Shown: piece after piece, positions 8,858 to 18,968 of the stretch
How the letters are laid out: every line of letters begins with the position of its first letter
Numbering within the stretch: the stretch's first letter is position 1
Assembly (NCBI GenBank): GCA_021298595.1
Contig: JAJTHL010000003.1
Location: forward strand, 67,001 to 131,000
DNA: 64,000 nt
Source: Alphaproteobacteria bacterium
GTDB taxonomy: Bacteria; Pseudomonadota; Alphaproteobacteria; Caedimonadales; UBA1908
Reading direction: 5' to 3'
The notes under the pieces: model-generated
What the model was told of the DNA's origin: nothing
What the model saw: only the letters and a program-made list of their open reading frames with translations
Databases searched by the model: none
Translations under genes and position numbers: made by a program

Positions 8858-10336
8858 ATGACAGTGGTGGCCCTTTCAACATCTCAAGACCGACCCCTTG
8901 CGTTGAGCGAGAATGCCCCGCCTGCCAATCTCGAGGCCGAGCAAGCGCTTCTTGGCGCCCTTCTTCACCACAACGGCGCGTACGAGCAGCTATGTGAATA
9001 CTTAAAACCAGAACACTTTGCCGATGCAACCAACGGCCGCATTTACGCCGCCATGGGGCGCCTCATCGAACGGGGGCAAATTGCTGACCCCATTACCCTT
9101 CGTGATTTCTTTTCCCGGGATAAAAGCCTTGACGATATCGGTGGGACAGAATACCTGGCCTATCTTGCGACCTGTGTAATATCCCTGGGGAATACCCAAA
9201 CCTACGGCAAAATCATCCATGAACTGGCCCTCAGGCGCGCGCTCATTGACCTTGGCAGCCAAATCGCCCAAGAGGCCATCACCCCAACAAGCGAAGAAGA
9301 AACACCCCAACGGCAAATCGAAAAAGCCGAACAGCGCCTTTATGATCTGGCCACGACCGGCCAGTCGGACCGTGGGTTTGTTGCCTTTTCTGGGGCTCTT
9401 GCCACGGCCATTCAAGCAGCCCAACTCGCACGCCAACGCCAAGCAAGCATTGTGGGTGTCACAACCGGGCTTGAAGACCTTGATAAGCAATTAGGGGGAC
9501 TGCACCCCTCGGACCTCATCATCTTGGCAGGACGCCCCTCCATGGGAAAAACCGCCCTTGCAACCAACATTGCCTTTAACGCCGCCCTTGCTAAGCTTGA
9601 GGATAATGAGGGGCCCGGCGCAGGAGTTGCCTTTTTCTCCCTTGAGATGTCGGCAGATCAGCTAGCAGGGCGACTTCTTGCCCAAGAAAGCGACGTGCCC
9701 TCGGACCATATCCGCCGAGGTCAAATCAATGACACGGTTTTTCCGCGCTTCCGCCTGGTGGCCGAGCGATGCGCGAATCTGCCCCTTTATATTGACGATA
9801 CCCCAGCTTTGACAATTTCAGCTGTGCGTACAAGATCAAGACGCCTCAAGCGCAAACACGGCCTTGGTCTTATCATTATCGATTATTTACAGCTCTTGCA
9901 AGGCAGTAACGGCGGCAAAGAAGGGCGCGTTCAGGAAATTTCCGAAATCACAAGGGGGCTTAAGGCCCTTGCCAAGGAACTGAACGTCCCTGTCATTGCC
10001 CTCTCCCAGCTTTCGCGTGCGGTCGAGCAGCGCGATGACAAGCGCCCGCAGCTCTCGGACTTGCGTGAATCGGGATCCATCGAACAGGACGCGGACGTTG
10101 TGATCTTTGTGTACCGAGAGGAATATTATCTTGCCAGGCAAGAACCATCCGATAAGGGTGGACAGAAATATCTCGAGTGGGAAACAAAAATGACCCATGC
10201 CCGCAATGTGGGCGAGGCCATCATCTCAAAGCAGCGCCACGGCCCCATTGGTACGGTGCGTCTCTACTTTGATGCGTCTTTGACCCGTTTTGGAAATTTG
10301 AAATCGAAAGAGCACTTGCCCGATGCTAGGTACTAA
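8858..10336 (+). CDS. dnaB: Replicative DNA helicase DnaB
   Basis: PANLEAEQALLGALL N-terminal motif, Walker A GRPSMGKTALATNIA, IIIDYLQLL, SQLSRAVEQR and ESGSIEQDADVV. Confidence 0.97.
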   Translation: MTVVALSTSQDRPLALSENAPPANLEAEQALLGALLHHNGAYEQLCEYLKPEHFADATNGRIYAAMGRLIERGQIADPITLRDFFSRDKSLDDIGGTEYLAYLATCVISLGNTQTYGKIIHELALRRALIDLGSQIAQEAITPTSEEETPQRQIEKAEQRLYDLATTGQSDRGFVAFSGALATAIQAAQLARQRQASIVGVTTGLEDLDKQLGGLHPSDLIILAGRPSMGKTALATNIAFNAALAKLEDNEGPGAGVAFFSLEMSADQLAGRLLAQESDVPSDHIRRGQINDTVFPRFRLVAERCANLPLYIDDTPALTISAVRTRSRRLKRKHGLGLIIIDYLQLLQGSNGGKEGRVQEISEITRGLKALAKELNVPVIALSQLSRAVEQRDDKRPQLSDLRESGSIEQDADVVIFVYREEYYLARQEPSDKGGQKYLEWETKMTHARNVGEAIISKQRHGPIGTVRLYFDASLTRFGNLKSKEHLPDARY

Positions 10337-10340
10337 TCCC

Positions 10341-11429
10341 ATGTCTCTTCCCGACACGCCGCTTACAACGCCTTCGTGTGTGGCACATATTGATCTTGGG
10401 GCCGTGCGTCATAACTTTACCCTTTTGCAAAAGGCCCATCCCGCTCAAAAAATTGCCGCCGTCATTAAGGCAGACGCCTACGGTCTTGGGACCGCCCCCA
10501 TTGCCAGGTCTTTGGCGCTGGCGGGCTGTCAGCATTTTGTCGTGGCTTTTCCAGAAGAAGGGCTTTTTCTGCGCACGGTCCTTAAGGACGCTAAGATCTA
10601 TGTGCTGTCAGGTGCGTGGGAGGGGATGGAGCGCACCTTTGTGAACGAAAAGCTCATTCCTGTCCTCAACGATCTTGAAAGCGCCAAGCGCTGGCACAGC
10701 GCCGCGCCAGGCGCTCCTTGCGCCCTCCACGTTGATACCGGCATGGCGCGCACAGGGTTTGAAACCCATGACTTGCTTCAAGAAAAAACCTTTCTTGAGA
10801 CCTTGAATCTTCAGTTTATCATGAGCCACTATGCCAATAGTGACGATTCCCACCATCCTTCTAATAAGGCACAGCATGATCTTTTTGACGAGATCGCGCG
10901 TCATTTTCCAACGATTCCAACGTGCCTTGCAAACTCTTGCGCCCTGTCGCTTGATGACACGTATTGGGGGAATTTCGTGCGCCCAGGCTTGAAGCTCTAC
11001 GGTCTTTCTCCTGATACCGTCCAAAAGGACGGATATCTGCCTGCGGTGCGTGTCTCAACCAGGATCCTGCAAGTCAGAGAGATTACCCCAGGGCAAAATG
11101 TTGGCTACGGTAACACCTGGGCGGCCACTCGCCCCACACGTCTTGCAACCCTTGCCATGGGCTATGCTGACGGTCTTCTTCGCACCCTCAGTAATAAGGG
11201 ACATGTGTGGATTCAAGGACAAAAAGCCCCCCTTGTTGGCCGTGTGTCCATGGATTTTGCGACCATTGACGTCACAGATCTTGATCCCGCCATCACAGCA
11301 GTTGGCAGTTGGGTCGATCTCTTTTATGATGCTAAAAGCTTATATGAACAAGCGCATGCGGCCGACACAGCTCCCCACGAGTTTCTTGTGGGCCTCAGCA
11401 CACGGTGCACGCGCCTTTACACAGCATAG
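10341..11429 (+). CDS. alr: Alanine racemase
   Basis: PLP-lysine motif AVIKADAYGLG, and C-terminal GYADG...VGRVSMD. ATG 10341 lies just after the dnaB stop. The track ORF begins at 10323. Confidence 0.93.
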   Translation: MSLPDTPLTTPSCVAHIDLGAVRHNFTLLQKAHPAQKIAAVIKADAYGLGTAPIARSLALAGCQHFVVAFPEEGLFLRTVLKDAKIYVLSGAWEGMERTFVNEKLIPVLNDLESAKRWHSAAPGAPCALHVDTGMARTGFETHDLLQEKTFLETLNLQFIMSHYANSDDSHHPSNKAQHDLFDEIARHFPTIPTCLANSCALSLDDTYWGNFVRPGLKLYGLSPDTVQKDGYLPAVRVSTRILQVREITPGQNVGYGNTWAATRPTRLATLAMGYADGLLRTLSNKGHVWIQGQKAPLVGRVSMDFATIDVTDLDPAITAVGSWVDLFYDAKSLYEQAHAADTAPHEFLVGLSTRCTRLYTA

Positions 11430-11443
11430 GAGACACCAAAAGC

Positions 11444-12223
11444 ATGCTTCGTTTTATCCCCCTGACGGGACGCCTTTTTTTGACGTTCTTACAAACGGTG
11501 GGAAGACTCTTCCTTTTCGGTGCAAACGCCCTTGGCGCTGGGTTTCGCCCCCCTTACTATCCGCGCCAACTCATGCGTCAGCTCATGGATATTGGGTATA
11601 ACTCTTTGCCGGTCGTGGGGCTTACGGCGGCCTTTACAGGCATGGTTCTCGCCCTTCAAAGCTATACGGGGTTTGCACGTTTTTCAGCAGAAGGCGCGGT
11701 GGCGACGGTGGTGGTTCTGTCGGTCACAAGGGAGCTTTCTCCGGTCCTGGCAGGCCTGATGGTGGCAGGACGTGTGGGCGCTGCCATGGCGGCTGAAATC
11801 GGCACCATGCGCGTGACCGAGCAAGTGGACGCCCTTGTCACGCTCTCCACCAATCCCCTTCAATACCTGGTGGCGCCCCGTATTCTGGCAGGCCTTGTGA
11901 TGCTGCCATGCCTTGTGTTAGTGGGGGACATTATTGGTGTTTTTGGTGGATACCTTGTCTCTGTCTACAAGCTAGGCTTCAATCCCGGGCAATACTTATA
12001 CCGAACTTTTGAGTACCTTCAGACCATGGACGTGGTCTCGGGCCTTGTGAAGGCGGCCGTTTTTGGATTTTGCATTTCCCTAATGGGCTGTTATCACGGT
12101 TATCACTCCAGGGGCGGCGCTCAAGGCGTGGGGGCTGCCACAACCCAGGCCGTGGTCTCGGCTTCTATCTTGATTTTGATCTTTAACTATCTCATCACCG
12201 CCCTCTTTTTTAGCGAGGCCTAA
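11444..12223 (+). CDS. mlaE: MlaE-family ABC transporter permease
   Basis: MlaE/YrbE hallmarks: GxxSLPVVGLTAAFTGMVLALQ, VTRELSPVLAGLMVAGRVGAAMAAEIGTMRVTEQVDAL. Followed directly by mlaF. Confidence 0.92.
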   Translation: MLRFIPLTGRLFLTFLQTVGRLFLFGANALGAGFRPPYYPRQLMRQLMDIGYNSLPVVGLTAAFTGMVLALQSYTGFARFSAEGAVATVVVLSVTRELSPVLAGLMVAGRVGAAMAAEIGTMRVTEQVDALVTLSTNPLQYLVAPRILAGLVMLPCLVLVGDIIGVFGGYLVSVYKLGFNPGQYLYRTFEYLQTMDVVSGLVKAAVFGFCISLMGCYHGYHSRGGAQGVGAATTQAVVSASILILIFNYLITALFFSEA

Positions 12224-12227
12224 GTCC

Positions 12228-12983
12228 ATGATCCACGTCCAGCACCTGAAAAAGAGTTTTGGTAAAAAGCAAGTCCTCAAGGACGTCAGTTTTGACGTTG
12301 CCAAGGGAGAATCCCTTGTGATCATCGGGGGGTCCGGCTCTGGAAAATCCGTCACCCTGAAATGCCTTTTGGGCCTTTTGCCAGCGGATAGCGGTAGCCT
12401 TCAAATTGACGGGCAAGAGCTTTACGGTGCACCCACGTCCGACTATGACGCCCTTCGCCCTCGTATGGGGATGCTTTTTCAAGGAGCTGCCCTTTTTGAC
12501 AGTCTGCCTGTGTGGGAGAATATTTTTTTCGCCCCCCTCCAGCAAAAGAAAATGACAAGGGCCGAGGCCAAAGACGAAGCCCCTCACCGTCTTGTGGCGG
12601 TCGGTCTTCAAAAAGAGGTCGCGGACCTTTATCCCGCAGAGCTTTCTGGCGGGATGCAGCGCCGTGTGGGCCTTGCGCGCGCCGTTGCAAGCAGGCCCGA
12701 GATCATTTTCTTTGACGAACCCACCGCCGGCCTTGATCCCATCATCAGCGGTGTCATCAATGATCTGATTGTGGAGAACGTGAAAGGACTTGGTGCCACC
12801 ACCATTACCATTACCCATGATATGCATAGTGTGCGCACCATCGCCGACCGGGTCGCCATGATTTACGGTGGAGAAATTGTATGGTGCGGCACCAAGGCAG
12901 ACCTTGATCACAGCGATAATCCCTATGTGGAGCAGTTCATCCATGGTCGCACAAAAGGGCCGATCCACGTGGAGGGTGCATAA
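12228..12983 (+). CDS. mlaF: MlaF-type ABC transporter ATP-binding protein
   Basis: Walker A GGSGSGKS, signature LSGGMQRRVGLARA, Walker B IIFFDEPTAGLDP. Immediately downstream of mlaE. Confidence 0.92.
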   Translation: MIHVQHLKKSFGKKQVLKDVSFDVAKGESLVIIGGSGSGKSVTLKCLLGLLPADSGSLQIDGQELYGAPTSDYDALRPRMGMLFQGAALFDSLPVWENIFFAPLQQKKMTRAEAKDEAPHRLVAVGLQKEVADLYPAELSGGMQRRVGLARAVASRPEIIFFDEPTAGLDPIISGVINDLIVENVKGLGATTITITHDMHSVRTIADRVAMIYGGEIVWCGTKADLDHSDNPYVEQFIHGRTKGPIHVEGA

Positions 12984-14366
12984 GTGGCCAAACCCCAACG
13001 TCTTTTTGCTTGTCAGCAGTGCGGTCTGACCCAACCTAAATGGTCCGGACAGTGTTCCGGGTGCGAAAGTTGGAATACTTTTGTTGAGGAAATGACAAGC
13101 GCCCCCCCGGGCTTGCCTTCCGCGCCTAAAACCGGACGCGTTTTATCCTTCACCACCTTGGACGCCCCCCTGACCCCTCTCCTTCGCGCGAGTTGCGGTA
13201 TCGAAGAATTTGACCGTGTATGCGGGGGTGGCCTTGTACCAGGATCGGTACTTCTTGTGGGCGGGGACCCAGGCATTGGCAAATCTACCCTTTTGTTGCA
13301 GGTCGCAGCCTCCCTTTCCCTGCAACATCCTTGCCTTTATATCTCTGGTGAAGAAGCCGTTGACCAGGTGCGGCTTCGCGCCCAGCGCCTGCAGGTGCAA
13401 AACACACCCATGCGCCTGGCGTCCGCCACCAACCTTAATGACGTCATCGCCACCCTTGAAAAAGAACGCGACCTGCCAGCTCTTGTCATTATTGACTCCA
13501 TTCAGACTATGTATCTCGAGCAACTGGACTCCGCGCCTGGGTCTGTGTCCCAAGTGCGCGCGTGCACAAGCGAGCTCATCCGCCTTGCCAAAAAGCGCCA
13601 CATTACCTTTATCCTGGTGGGACACGTCACCAAAGAGGGCGCCATTGCAGGTCCCAGAGTCCTTGAACATATGGTGGATACGGTTTTGTATTTCGAGGGC
13701 GAGCGTGGCCATCACTTTAGGATTCTTCGCGGCGTTAAAAACCGGTTTGGGGCCACAGACGAAATCGGGGTGTTTGAAATGGCGCAGCAGGGCCTGACCC
13801 AAGTTCCCAATCCGTCCGCGCTTTTTCTCTCTCAAAAAGGCGAAAACGTCCCGGGGTCTGTGATTTTTGCAGGTCTTGAGGGCACACGCCCCGTTCTTGT
13901 GGAGATTCAAACCCTTGTGGCACCCACAAGCTTTGGCACGCCCAGACGCTCTGTTATCGGGTGGGACGCCAACCGTCTTTCCATGGTGATCGCCGTCCTT
14001 GAGGCGCGCTGCGGCATTCAGCTGGGGGCAAGGGACGTATACTTAAGCGTTGTGGGCGGCCTTCGTATTCAAGAGCCTGCCGCTGACCTCGCGGTGGCAG
14101 CTGCCCTTGTGTCCTCCCTTAATAATGTGCCCTGCCCCTCTGACGCCGTCTATTTCGGCGAGATTGGCCTTTCCGGCGAGGTACGCAGCGTCAGCCAAGA
14201 AGAGCTTCGCTTGAAAGAAGCACAAAAACTAGGCTTCAAACGCGCCTTTGTGCCGCGCCGCCACACATCTACGACAAAAAGTAGACCATCCGCGCTTTCC
14301 ATTGACGAGATTTCATATTTAGCCGAAATTGGCAGCAGCTTTGATCAGGAAAGAACGCCGTCATGA
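12984..14366 (+). CDS. radA: DNA repair protein RadA/Sms
   Basis: N-terminal zinc ribbon CQQCG...CSGCESWNT, Walker A GDPGIGKSTLLLQ, KNRFG motif and a Lon-like C-terminal domain. GTG start abuts the mlaF stop. Confidence 0.96.
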   Translation: MAKPQRLFACQQCGLTQPKWSGQCSGCESWNTFVEEMTSAPPGLPSAPKTGRVLSFTTLDAPLTPLLRASCGIEEFDRVCGGGLVPGSVLLVGGDPGIGKSTLLLQVAASLSLQHPCLYISGEEAVDQVRLRAQRLQVQNTPMRLASATNLNDVIATLEKERDLPALVIIDSIQTMYLEQLDSAPGSVSQVRACTSELIRLAKKRHITFILVGHVTKEGAIAGPRVLEHMVDTVLYFEGERGHHFRILRGVKNRFGATDEIGVFEMAQQGLTQVPNPSALFLSQKGENVPGSVIFAGLEGTRPVLVEIQTLVAPTSFGTPRRSVIGWDANRLSMVIAVLEARCGIQLGARDVYLSVVGGLRIQEPAADLAVAAALVSSLNNVPCPSDAVYFGEIGLSGEVRSVSQEELRLKEAQKLGFKRAFVPRRHTSTTKSRPSALSIDEISYLAEIGSSFDQERTPS

Positions 14367-15097
14367 CCCCTGAGGTAACACCTCCTTCTGCTGCGAACCC
14401 CTACGATTTAATTGTGCTGGGCGTTTTCTTTTTTTCGGCTGCCATGGGGATCTACCGCGGCCTTACCAAAGAGGTCCTCAGCATCGCGGCCTGGGTGGGC
14501 GCAGGTCTGACAGCAACCTTTTGTTATCTGCCTTTCAGAGATATGTTTCGAGGTTTCATCAGCTACGTCTTCATCGCCGACATCGCGAACATCTTAGTCG
14601 TCTTTGTGACAAGTCTTGTCATCATGACCATGCTCATCAGCACGGTTTCTGAAAAGATCAAACATTCTAAACTTGGCGGCCTTGACAGGTCTCTTGGATG
14701 TCTTTTTGGGGCGACCCGGGCCTTTTTGATGCTTGAGGCGATTTTTCTCTTATCCTTCATGATCTGGAAAAAACCAGAAGACCGCGCGCAAGCTCTGCCT
14801 GCCCTACAACACGCCAGATCCCTTCCCTTTTTAGAAAAAGGCGCGCGCATCCTCTTGAATCTCGCTCCCCACGGTCTTGTTCCTGCCCACTTTGAAGAAC
14901 AGTTCAAGCCAGAAGCCATGCGTTCTTCCCACGAAATGGTCGAAGCACTCTCAAAGCCCAAACCTCAAGAAATTAAAAAGCTTGAAGGCAAACACGACAC
15001 CGCCCCCGCTTACGGCAAAGGAAGCGTCCAAGATTTAGACCGCCTCTTTAAAACCATTGAAAAACCTCTTGATAACGCATTAGGCAACAAAAAATAG
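14363..15097 (+). CDS. cvpA: CvpA-family membrane protein (colicin V production protein family)
   Basis: Four TM helices in CvpA arrangement. Conserved radA-cvpA adjacency with a 4-nt ATGA overlap. Confidence 0.8.
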   Translation: MTPEVTPPSAANPYDLIVLGVFFFSAAMGIYRGLTKEVLSIAAWVGAGLTATFCYLPFRDMFRGFISYVFIADIANILVVFVTSLVIMTMLISTVSEKIKHSKLGGLDRSLGCLFGATRAFLMLEAIFLLSFMIWKKPEDRAQALPALQHARSLPFLEKGARILLNLAPHGLVPAHFEEQFKPEAMRSSHEMVEALSKPKPQEIKKLEGKHDTAPAYGKGSVQDLDRLFKTIEKPLDNALGNKK

Positions 15098-15128
15098 CGT
15101 CTTATTTCAAATCCCCTCTTAGTCGCTT

Positions 15129-16085
15129 TTAAGATGAGGTTGTCGTCTTAATATAAACGTCAAGCTGTTGTCCGACGTAAAGGTGCTTTGCCTCTCCCAC
15201 CACGCGGTACACAACCTCGACAACCCTTGTATCAACGGTTTCGGCACTATCGCCCCTGAGGTCTCTTTTTGATTGCATATAGGGCTCAAGGCGCACAAAA
15301 CTCAACTGATACTTTAGGTTCCCGTTACTTTTATGGATGGCGACGGCGGGCATGTCTTTTTGAAAGCGCCACACGTCCGTTTCATCAATTTGGACCCTGA
15401 CATGAAAGGGATCAGTGTTACCCATTTTTACAGGCACTGGTTGGTTCAATGAGTTTGCAACAAACTCGCCTTTGACAATATTAATTTTCAAAATAATGCC
15501 GTCTTGAGGCGCCTTGACGGTGAGTTGGTCCAAATTGACCTTTGTGAGCGCGATGTCTGCAAGGGCTTTGGCGTATGACGCCTCATCGTAGGCGATTTGG
15601 GCTTTTGCTCTGGCCACATTGAAGCGACGTTTTTGATAGTCTTGCTCTGTGATACTAAAGCCTTTATCCAGTCCCTTACCTCTCTTGAGCTGGTCTTCAT
15701 AATCAGCTAAATCAACGTACGCCTGGGCAATTTTCTGTTTAGTGACGCGCGCCGCTTCTTGCTGCTGCGCAAGTTCTGCTTTTAAGACCTCTTCGTCAAG
15801 GACAAAAAGAGGGGTGCCCTTTTTCACATAATCCCCTTCTTTCACTAAAATGCGATCTACAATCCCGTTGGAAAAAGTACTCACATCCGTGTTCTTTGTA
15901 TTTCCTTCCACGTAACCTGCCCCAGAAATTTTATGATCAAAGGGGGCTTCTGCTGGCAGAGCAAGTTGGTTAGGCGGAGGGGCCTTGGGATCTCCCCAGG
16001 TCAAAGTAAACCCGACGGTTAAAAGAAGCCCAGCGCCACCAAGCAATGTCAAACCATGGGTTTTAAGAAAAGTACTAAAGGACAT
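15129..16085 (-). CDS. HlyD-family periplasmic adaptor (membrane fusion protein) of an ABC exporter
   Basis: N-terminal TM anchor, lipoyl/barrel motifs (GIVDRILVKEGDYVKKGTPLFVLD) and a coiled-coil hairpin (LAQQQEAARV...). ATG 16085 overlaps the upstream ATPase stop by 11 nt. Confidence 0.85.
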   Translation of the reverse strand: MSFSTFLKTHGLTLLGGAGLLLTVGFTLTWGDPKAPPPNQLALPAEAPFDHKISGAGYVEGNTKNTDVSTFSNGIVDRILVKEGDYVKKGTPLFVLDEEVLKAELAQQQEAARVTKQKIAQAYVDLADYEDQLKRGKGLDKGFSITEQDYQKRRFNVARAKAQIAYDEASYAKALADIALTKVNLDQLTVKAPQDGIILKINIVKGEFVANSLNQPVPVKMGNTDPFHVRVQIDETDVWRFQKDMPAVAIHKSNGNLKYQLSFVRLEPYMQSKRDLRGDSAETVDTRVVEVVYRVVGEAKHLYVGQQLDVYIKTTTSS

Positions 16086-16788
16086 GATGCGATTCTTCCT
16101 GTGTTTCAATTTTAGTGATTCTGCCGTCATCCATGTGGGCGATGCGATCAGCGTAGGTGAAAATCCGAGGATCGTGTGTGACGATGACAAAGGTTGTGCG
16201 CACGCGACGACTCATCTCTTTCATAAGTGTCAGAATCATTTGACCTGACTCATGGTCAAGGGCGCTTGTGGGCTCGTCGCAAATCACAAGGGAGGGGCTG
16301 TGAATGAGGGCTCGTGCAATCGCCACGCGCTGTTGTTGTCCACCTGATAAACGGCTCGGCGGCATCTCGGTTTTGTCTTGAAGGCCTACGTCCATCAAAA
16401 TTGTGCGCGCTTGCCCTAGGGCTTTTTCAGTAGGATGGCCTTGAATAATCAAGGGAATCGCCACGTTTTCTGCCACACTTAAGGACGGTATTAAATTGAA
16501 AGCCTGAAATATGAATCCAATTTCTTTTGAGCGGAATGATAAGAGTGCTTTTTTTGATAAGTCAGCATAGCTTTTATTGTGGACATGACAGACCCCCTCA
16601 TCAGGAGTCAGAATCCCTGCTATAACAGAAATAAAGGTGGTTTTTCCGCAGCCAGAGGGACCCACGAGCATGAAAAATTCGCCCTGGTTAACGCTCAGGT
16701 CCACACCACGCAGCGCAGTCGTGATGGTTCCCCCACTCTCAAAGGTCTTTTTAATTCCCCGACACTCCACGATGATGGATTGTGACAT
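16075..16788 (-). CDS. ABC transporter ATP-binding protein (MacB/LolD/DevA-like)
   Basis: Walker A GPSGCGKTT, signature LSGGQQQRVAIARAL, Walker B LVICDEPTSALD, H-loop VTHD. Confidence 0.92.
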   Translation of the reverse strand: MSQSIIVECRGIKKTFESGGTITTALRGVDLSVNQGEFFMLVGPSGCGKTTFISVIAGILTPDEGVCHVHNKSYADLSKKALLSFRSKEIGFIFQAFNLIPSLSVAENVAIPLIIQGHPTEKALGQARTILMDVGLQDKTEMPPSRLSGGQQQRVAIARALIHSPSLVICDEPTSALDHESGQMILTLMKEMSRRVRTTFVIVTHDPRIFTYADRIAHMDDGRITKIETQEESHHVL

Positions 16789-16792
16789 GGAA

Positions 16793-17989
16793 TTAACTCC
16801 TGAAAACAACAGACGGATCCACTTTTATGACACGTCTGAGCCCAAAAAAAGCAGCAAGGAGAACAATCGTCAGAACACCAGCGGCCGAAAAAAGCATAAG
16901 CCAGAAAGGCATACGAAACGCTAAGACCGAGTCATGAAATTGAATCCCAAAAAGAGAGGTCAGTCCAACCCCAATCCCGTATCCCACTGTCCCCACAAAA
17001 AAGGCCTGTAGTAACACCATACGGATCAACACACTTTGGGAAAGACCCATGGCTTTGAGGGAGGCATAGTGTTTAATGTTTTCCTGGACAAAATTATAAA
17101 AGGTTTGGCCGACCACGGCTGCTCCTACGATAAATCCAAGAAGAACCGAAATGCCAAAGTTAATGGGTATGCCTGTGTTTTTCATCCAATAGTTAAGGTT
17201 GACATCCTCGAAGGAATTGGCGTCTAAAGCGCGAAGACCTGTTGTGCGCTGAATGTTTTGGCAAAGCTCTTGAAGGTCCACACCCTTCACGGCTTTGACC
17301 AAAACATATGTGAGTTGTTTGCGATCGGGTGGATCATAGCTGAGGGCACGCGAATAGGTGGTATAAACCTGGGGCTGTAAAACAAAATTACGTGTTGTTT
17401 TGACATATCCCACCACAAGGGCCCGTTTATCGTTTAACTCGAGGACGTCCCCAATGAGAAGCGGCCTTGTTGTCCCATCCTTGAGGTTAATCCTTAGACG
17501 CGAATGCGCCGCTTCTTCATCGACAAAAACAGCGTCTTTTCGTCGAAAATCTGTAATGTTGGCTCCCATAATTTTATAGGGCGCCCCCACAAGGGTTCCG
17601 TCATCAAGCCCTGTCAAATCTACGGTTTTCGAATACCCATCGGGCATTCTTGCCCGGACAAGGCTTTTGTACAAAGGCACGGCCCATAACACCCCCTTAA
17701 TGCCTCGAATGCGACTGAGTTCCGTGTCACGTAGGGGTTTATGTTCTTCCACAAATTGCACGCCCGGATCCATAACCCAAATATCAGGCAAGGAAATGTC
17801 CTTCACAAAACTATAGGTTCTGGAAACAAGACCAAAAAAGATCGCGGGTTGTTGGGACATGATCAAAGACGCAAAGGCAATCCCTACCACCATTCCTATA
17901 TACTTTCCCCTGTCACCTAGGAGCATTCTAAGGGCGATGCCATACATTTTTTTTTGAGATGCGAAACTATACCTTTTAAGATACCCCAT
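16793..17989 (-). CDS. ABC exporter permease, FtsX/DevC-like
   Basis: One N-terminal TM, a large periplasmic domain, and three C-terminal TM helices with an FtsX-like core (YASLKAMGLSQSVLIRMVLLQA). The start could be TTG 18001, ATG 17989 or ATG 17947. Confidence 0.85.
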   Translation of the reverse strand: MGYLKRYSFASQKKMYGIALRMLLGDRGKYIGMVVGIAFASLIMSQQPAIFFGLVSRTYSFVKDISLPDIWVMDPGVQFVEEHKPLRDTELSRIRGIKGVLWAVPLYKSLVRARMPDGYSKTVDLTGLDDGTLVGAPYKIMGANITDFRRKDAVFVDEEAAHSRLRINLKDGTTRPLLIGDVLELNDKRALVVGYVKTTRNFVLQPQVYTTYSRALSYDPPDRKQLTYVLVKAVKGVDLQELCQNIQRTTGLRALDANSFEDVNLNYWMKNTGIPINFGISVLLGFIVGAAVVGQTFYNFVQENIKHYASLKAMGLSQSVLIRMVLLQAFFVGTVGYGIGVGLTSLFGIQFHDSVLAFRMPFWLMLFSAAGVLTIVLLAAFFGLRRVIKVDPSVVFRS

Positions 17990-18072
17990 GTGGGTCTGCA
18001 AGAAAAGGGACGAACTGATTGTGCGGGCTGTTAAAACTTGCTAATCACAAAAAGAAAGGATGGTAGACTATC

Positions 18073-18480
18073 ATGATTGTTGGGGTTGGCACAGATTTCG
18101 TCGAGATTGCCAGGATCGATACGCTTCTTGAACGTTTCGGTCAGCGCTTTGAAAAACGATGTTTTACCTTGTCCGAACGCGCGGCTGCGCGCAGGCGCGG
18201 GCACGCGGGGGCTTATTACGCCAAGCGGTATGCCGCAAAAGAGGCGGTCTTAAAGGCCCTTGGTACAGGTTTTCGCGGCGCCGTTTCATGGCAAGATATG
18301 GAGATTCTCTCAAACGATCAAGGCGCTCCTTGTCTCACCTTAAGGGGCGAGGTACACCGCCTGCTTCTTGCAAAGTCTGGGCCCCAAAGCACCTTATCCT
18401 ACCATCTCTCCCTTTCCGATACACAGGATCATGCCCTTGCCTTTGTGGTCATTGAATGTCTAGGGGGGACGCCGTGTTAA
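18073..18480 (+). CDS. acpS: Holo-[acyl-carrier-protein] synthase
   Basis: MIVGVGTDFVEIARI and FAAKEAVLKALGTG motifs. About 135 aa. Confidence 0.93.
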   Translation: MIVGVGTDFVEIARIDTLLERFGQRFEKRCFTLSERAAARRRGHAGAYYAKRYAAKEAVLKALGTGFRGAVSWQDMEILSNDQGAPCLTLRGEVHRLLLAKSGPQSTLSYHLSLSDTQDHALAFVVIECLGGTPC

Positions 18481-18968
18481 CGCTGACGCTTTCTGTGGCC
18501 TCTTTGATGGAAACACAAGAAATTGCTATATTTTTCGCCCAAAAACTCAAACGAGGCGATATCATGACCTTGAGGGGCCCTTTAGGCGTTGGAAAATCTG
18601 CCTTTGCCAGAGCCTTTATCCAGCATTTGACCTCACCCGAAGAGGAGGTGCCAAGCCCGACATTTACCTTGGTGCAAACTTATCAAACGTCCATGTGCGA
18701 GGTCTGGCATTTCGATTTGTACCGGTTATCACAGCCAGAAGAGATATGGGAGCTTGGTTTTGAAGAAGCGCCAGGCGTTGCCATCAGCTTGATAGAATGG
18801 CCCGAGCGCATTGACGCGCTTGGTGTCCTTGCCAACGCCCTGAGCCTGACTTTGGCGCTGGGGGCAGCTGAAGGGGCGCGGCTTTTACATTTTCAAGGCT
18901 CCCTTTCTTGGAACGCCCTCTTGGGCGATGCCCAAAAGCGTTTTGGAGGGATTCTTGGGTCTTTATAG
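18456..18968 (+). CDS. tsaE: tRNA t6A37 biosynthesis ATPase TsaE
   Basis: P-loop GPLGVGKSAFARAFI, PSPTFTLVQTY, HFDLYRL, IEWPE. Confidence 0.9.
   Translation: MSRGDAVLTLTLSVASLMETQEIAIFFAQKLKRGDIMTLRGPLGVGKSAFARAFIQHLTSPEEEVPSPTFTLVQTYQTSMCEVWHFDLYRLSQPEEIWELGFEEAPGVAISLIEWPERIDALGVLANALSLTLALGAAEGARLLHFQGSLSWNALLGDAQKRFGGILGSL

Noticed and set aside
11050-11601. 183-aa plus-strand ORF bridging the alr and mlaE genes.
   Set aside because: It is out of frame with, and fully overlapped by, two confidently identified genes. Its composition is Pro/Arg/Ser-rich.
12210-13034. 274-aa minus-strand ORF antisense to mlaF. Similar long antisense ORFs occur at 13143-13910 (antisense to radA), 30204-30944 (tig), 47482-48153 (MFS), 51784-52434 (amtB) and 33253-33774 (metI).
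   Set aside because: Each lies wholly inside a gene with unmistakable family motifs on the other strand. Each has skewed Arg/Gly/Pro/Lys-rich composition and no recognisable motifs. These are typical shadow ORFs.
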